Below, one piece after another: positions 21,934-25,036 of a stretch of DNA of 25,036 nt. The position numbers were made by a program, and so were the translations under genes. Origin of the DNA: Amoeboaphelidium protococcarum X5 (Eukaryota; Fungi; Aphelidiomycota); assembly GCA_023515725.1 (NCBI GenBank), contig JALDTO010000076.1:1-25036 (forward strand). Reading direction: 5' to 3'. Positions within the stretch are counted from its first letter, which is position 1, and every line of letters starts with the position of its first letter. The notes under the pieces were generated by a model that saw only the letters and a list, made by a program, of their open reading frames with translations, was not told the DNA's origin and searched no databases.

Positions 21934-24138
21934 TCATTGTTAGAGATAAGACGATTAATTGCCTGATTACTGAGACTTTAACCAGTTTTCTAAACCATCC
22001 TTGACAATGAGCTTCTGGGCAACGACACCCAACTGAGGTAGACGAAATTCGTTTGCAGATTAGTCATACACTCCAGAAGTCGACAAGACACCTCGATTAA
22101 AATCAATCTAGGCCATAATTCCAGTATTAATGGTTGGAGTATTTACAGACTATTGATTAAACTTACTACGCAAAGACTATACCAACTAAGGACACTCTAG
22201 ACATATCAAGCCATTGTTGAAAGAATTTCTCTTATAGATATCTGAAAACGATTCGGCTATGACCAGTCTGATACCTCTAAACTTGAGACACGTCGCAGCT
22301 TATTCCCTGGATGAGCCACTTCCAAAATTCTTGCCGCCAACCAGGATGTCTCCTTTAACTGCAATCCGCTAGAAATTAGGATCGTAGTTTTCCATCGCCA
22401 CTTCTGCCATCTCTTGAGGTGTTAAATCGTCTTTATACGTGTACTTGCCAGGATATATTCCATCGGTGTTCAAATTGTCAGCATTACAGAATAATAATCG
22501 GCCAGATATCCGCGACTAAAACCCATCAAGCATTTCAATATTCTGGCAATCAGGGTTGAGAATTTTGTTCTGCTTAAACTGGTACTATACATTTGATTAC
22601 TAATTCTGCGACTCGGCATCGTCTTAATAAGATTAGCCTTATAAATGATGAGGAGCACAAATGAAGCCAGCTATAGCACTCGCAGTCACAACTGATGGAC
22701 TAGCTAAATACGTCTAGGCATTTCTACTTCCCATCCGACCTTTAAAGTTGCGGTTAGTAGAACTAATGCCAACTTCGCCATCTTTAAGTAGACCAGCACC
22801 CAGTCCAATACAAGGACCACATCCACTAGGTAACGGTCTAGCTCCAGCATCGAGCAACACCTGCCAATCACCGCTCTATTCAGCATCTCTCTGCACTTGA
22901 CTAGATGCAGCAGATACGTACAGCTCCACATCAGGATGGATTTGTCTCTCACCCACAGGCAACGCTTTTAAGACTTTTGCAGCCGAATGCAAATCAGAGA
23001 GTCTGGAATTAGTGCATGACACCAGATACGCTTTCTATATCTTTATACCATCACTTGCCTAGTTATTTGGTATTCCACTGGAGGAAAGAGATGATATCTA
23101 AGTGCCAATCTTGACCGCGTCAGGTCCACTCACAAACTAATCTCTAATAGAACTGAGATCCAAAGTAATCTCTCTACTATACACAGCCGTTGTGTCGGCA
23201 GCCATCTCACCGCTAGATAATTGTTATTTCAAGCTATCAAGCAATTAACTGTTAAGGCGTGGATGACGAGACCCAGCAACTAATTAGGACTTGACCGATG
23301 GAACATATTGATAATCTAGATCGATAATTTACCTCATGGCGGCATTGCCTTAGCGATATTGACTAAACTCTTAATTGACGCGAGATACCCTGCTCTAATA
23401 CCAGTCTATACATGTCTGATCCAGGGGGAATAAGCCAGCAAGAGCACCCCACTCAGTCGTCATATTAGCTATGGTAAGACGGTCATCGATGCTCAAAGAC
23501 TTGACGCCTTCACCGTGGAATTCCACAGCGCAATTCAAAACTTGATCTTTATTCAATAGTCCACATAAAGCAATAATAACATCCTTACCAGACAATTACC
23601 CATTCTTGGAAGACAGAGTTCCTGTCAAATTAACACGCACTACAGGCGGTACAATCCACCACGTCTAGCCAGACACCCAGATACCCGCTGCATCACTTCT
23701 CACTACAGGAGTCCCGAGACAGCCAACACCGCCGTACATGTTAGAATGAGAATCAGAGGCAACGACAAGCTTATTCGGACTAGCGTACCCCTCTTCAATC
23801 ATGATCTGATGCCCAATTCCACGTCCCGGCTTGTAACAGTCAATGCCGGACGACTAGGCAAACCGCATCATATCCTAATACTTGGCCAAGTTTTTCTCTG
23901 ACGTATCTTGTATATTGTGATCAGCGGTAAACACTATCTAACGCGGATCTCTAATTTGATAGCCAGCGAAAGACTTGCGGTACTTTTACAGGACTGCAGC
24001 AGTATTGTCATGAGTCATACAATAAGACGGTCGAATGCTCACAAAGTCTCCCGAGTATATTCTCTTCTGGGCGTGAGAGCCCTCCAATCCAACAACAAAT
24101 TTCTATACTATTTTTTCCACCACCGTCTATCCTCTCAT
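21934..24138 (-). CDS. LYS4: Homoaconitase (alpha-aminoadipate lysine pathway), single-chain fungal type, 734 aa
   Basis: Continuous frame with TAR=Gln. Motifs [45 protein letters not shown] (Fe-S Cys), [32 protein letters not shown](TAA)AAT. Confidence 0.94.
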
Positions 24139-24540
24139 ATTCCTTAATAAATATGGCAGTTAACCGATGTTTCGTATATTCTAAGAACGATAATTGTTGA
24201 GGTACAGACAGACTAAAAAAGATCACGCAGCAAATCTTCGATCCGACCTGCCGTTGAACTTTCTCTTATGGGAACTGGCTGGAAGAACGGACGCGCGTCT
24301 CTATCAGAATAAAGTAGTTTCTCTTGATGAAATTTCTCTCATCAATCATCGAATCAGCAGAGAGCAGGCACTTGACACGCTCGCGAGAAGACGAGAGAGA
24401 TCTCGAACTTGAACTTTTCCGTGAGACGAAGAAGTAACGCTAATTTGTTGGATCTCTGTGTTATTTTTTGGATAACTTTTGGTAATCTTTTGTCACATTG
24501 GGTATAGATTCTATAAAGAATATAACAACTGTCAATCGAT
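24139..24540. promoter_or_regulatory. Bidirectional promoter region LYS4/SAR1 (402 bp) with CGCG motifs
   Basis: Head-to-head genes. ACGCGCGT at 24291-24298 and TCGCGA at 24381-24386. Confidence 0.5.
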
Positions 24541-25036
24541 ATGTTTATTTGGAACTGGTTTATGGACGTGTTGGCCTCACTTGGTATGATTAATTTTACT
24601 TGATTTTATGGTGTACAATTGCCAACTTTGGTGATGTAGGCTTGGTGAATAAGAATGCAAAGATTCTGTTCCTCGGTCTGGATAATGCTGGTAAGACTAC
24701 CTTATTGCACATGTTGAAGAATGACCGTCTTGCCACGCTGCAACCAACTTTACATCCAACTAGTGAGGAACTTTCCATGGGCAATGTCAGATTTACCACC
24801 TATGATCTTGGTGGCCATTAGCAAGGTGAGTCTGTCTCGTTCTGGTTCTGGTTTTAATGATGCCAATCATGAATTACTATCATCTATATATTTGTAGCAC
24901 GTCGCTTGTGGAAAGACTATTTTCCTGAGGTTTCTGCTATTGTGTACCTGGTTGACGCTTCTGATGTTGGTCGTCTGCCAGAATCAAAGGCTGAGTTGGA
25001 TGCCCTGCTCAGTATTGAAGAGCTGTAACGCGTCCC
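24541..25036 (+). CDS. SAR1: Small COPII GTPase Sar1, 5' part; exons 24541-24583, 24640-24825, 24898->25036 (truncated by the window)
   Basis: Spliced translation [59 protein letters not shown]...DLGGH(TAG)[13 protein letters not shown]. Confidence 0.96.
24584..24639 (+). other. Spliceosomal intron 1 of SAR1 (56 nt, phase 1)
   Basis: GTATGA...TGTAG. Removal restores ASLG-LVNK. Confidence 0.92.
24826..24897 (+). other. Spliceosomal intron 2 of SAR1 (72 nt, phase 1)
   Basis: GTGAGT...TGTAG, containing an in-frame TGA. Removal restores GGHQQA-RRLW. Confidence 0.92.

Noticed and set aside
21919-21936. Backup in-frame TGA codons after the LYS4 stop (also after 9123)
   Set aside because: Absent after most other genes here; the sample is too small to claim tandem-stop selection.
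15948-24138. TOP2, TUF1 and LYS4 as pseudogenes or as genes split by many introns
   Set aside because: The interruptions are only TAA/TAG, never TGA or frameshifts. Many fall at conserved Gln positions, and no sequence needs removing to restore homology.
21934-24138. 3-isopropylmalate dehydratase (LEU1) or TCA aconitase
   Set aside because: [24 protein letters not shown] and [12 protein letters not shown] match fungal homoaconitase better.
897-24799. The many short antisense or alternative-frame ORFs in the track (e.g. 6721-7125 -, 16728-17291 +, 17577-17954 +, 21254-21682 +)
   Set aside because: They are shadows of real genes on the other strand or frame and show no independent motifs.

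Overview
Compact, intron-poor eukaryotic nuclear DNA. The supplied standard-code ORF track breaks it into fragments because TAA and TAG encode Gln here (translation table 6 type) and TGA is the only stop. Read that way, the fragments join into long intact genes, all ending in TGA. The left ~6 kb looks accessory: a weak or degenerate ORF, a tandem pair of signal-peptide/single-TM surface proteins (copy 1 has two frameshifts), and a signal-peptide protein with a C3HC4 RING and no TM helix (candidate secreted E3-ligase effector, absent from the ORF track). The rest holds RNA Pol III C34, a CRAL-TRIO protein with FFAT-like motifs whose CDS overlaps tail-to-tail with an Mdm1/SNX-RGS-like PXA-RGS-PX gene, a beta-propeller-like type I membrane protein, TOP2, mitochondrial EF-Tu, fungal-type homoaconitase (no apparent presequence) and the 5' part of SAR1 with two introns. 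TAR=Gln together with an alpha-aminoadipate-pathway gene and fungal-like proteins points to a holomycotan, most plausibly the aphelid algal parasitoid Amoeboaphelidium protococcarum or a relative. That assignment is inference; no database search was run, and all translations were done by hand.
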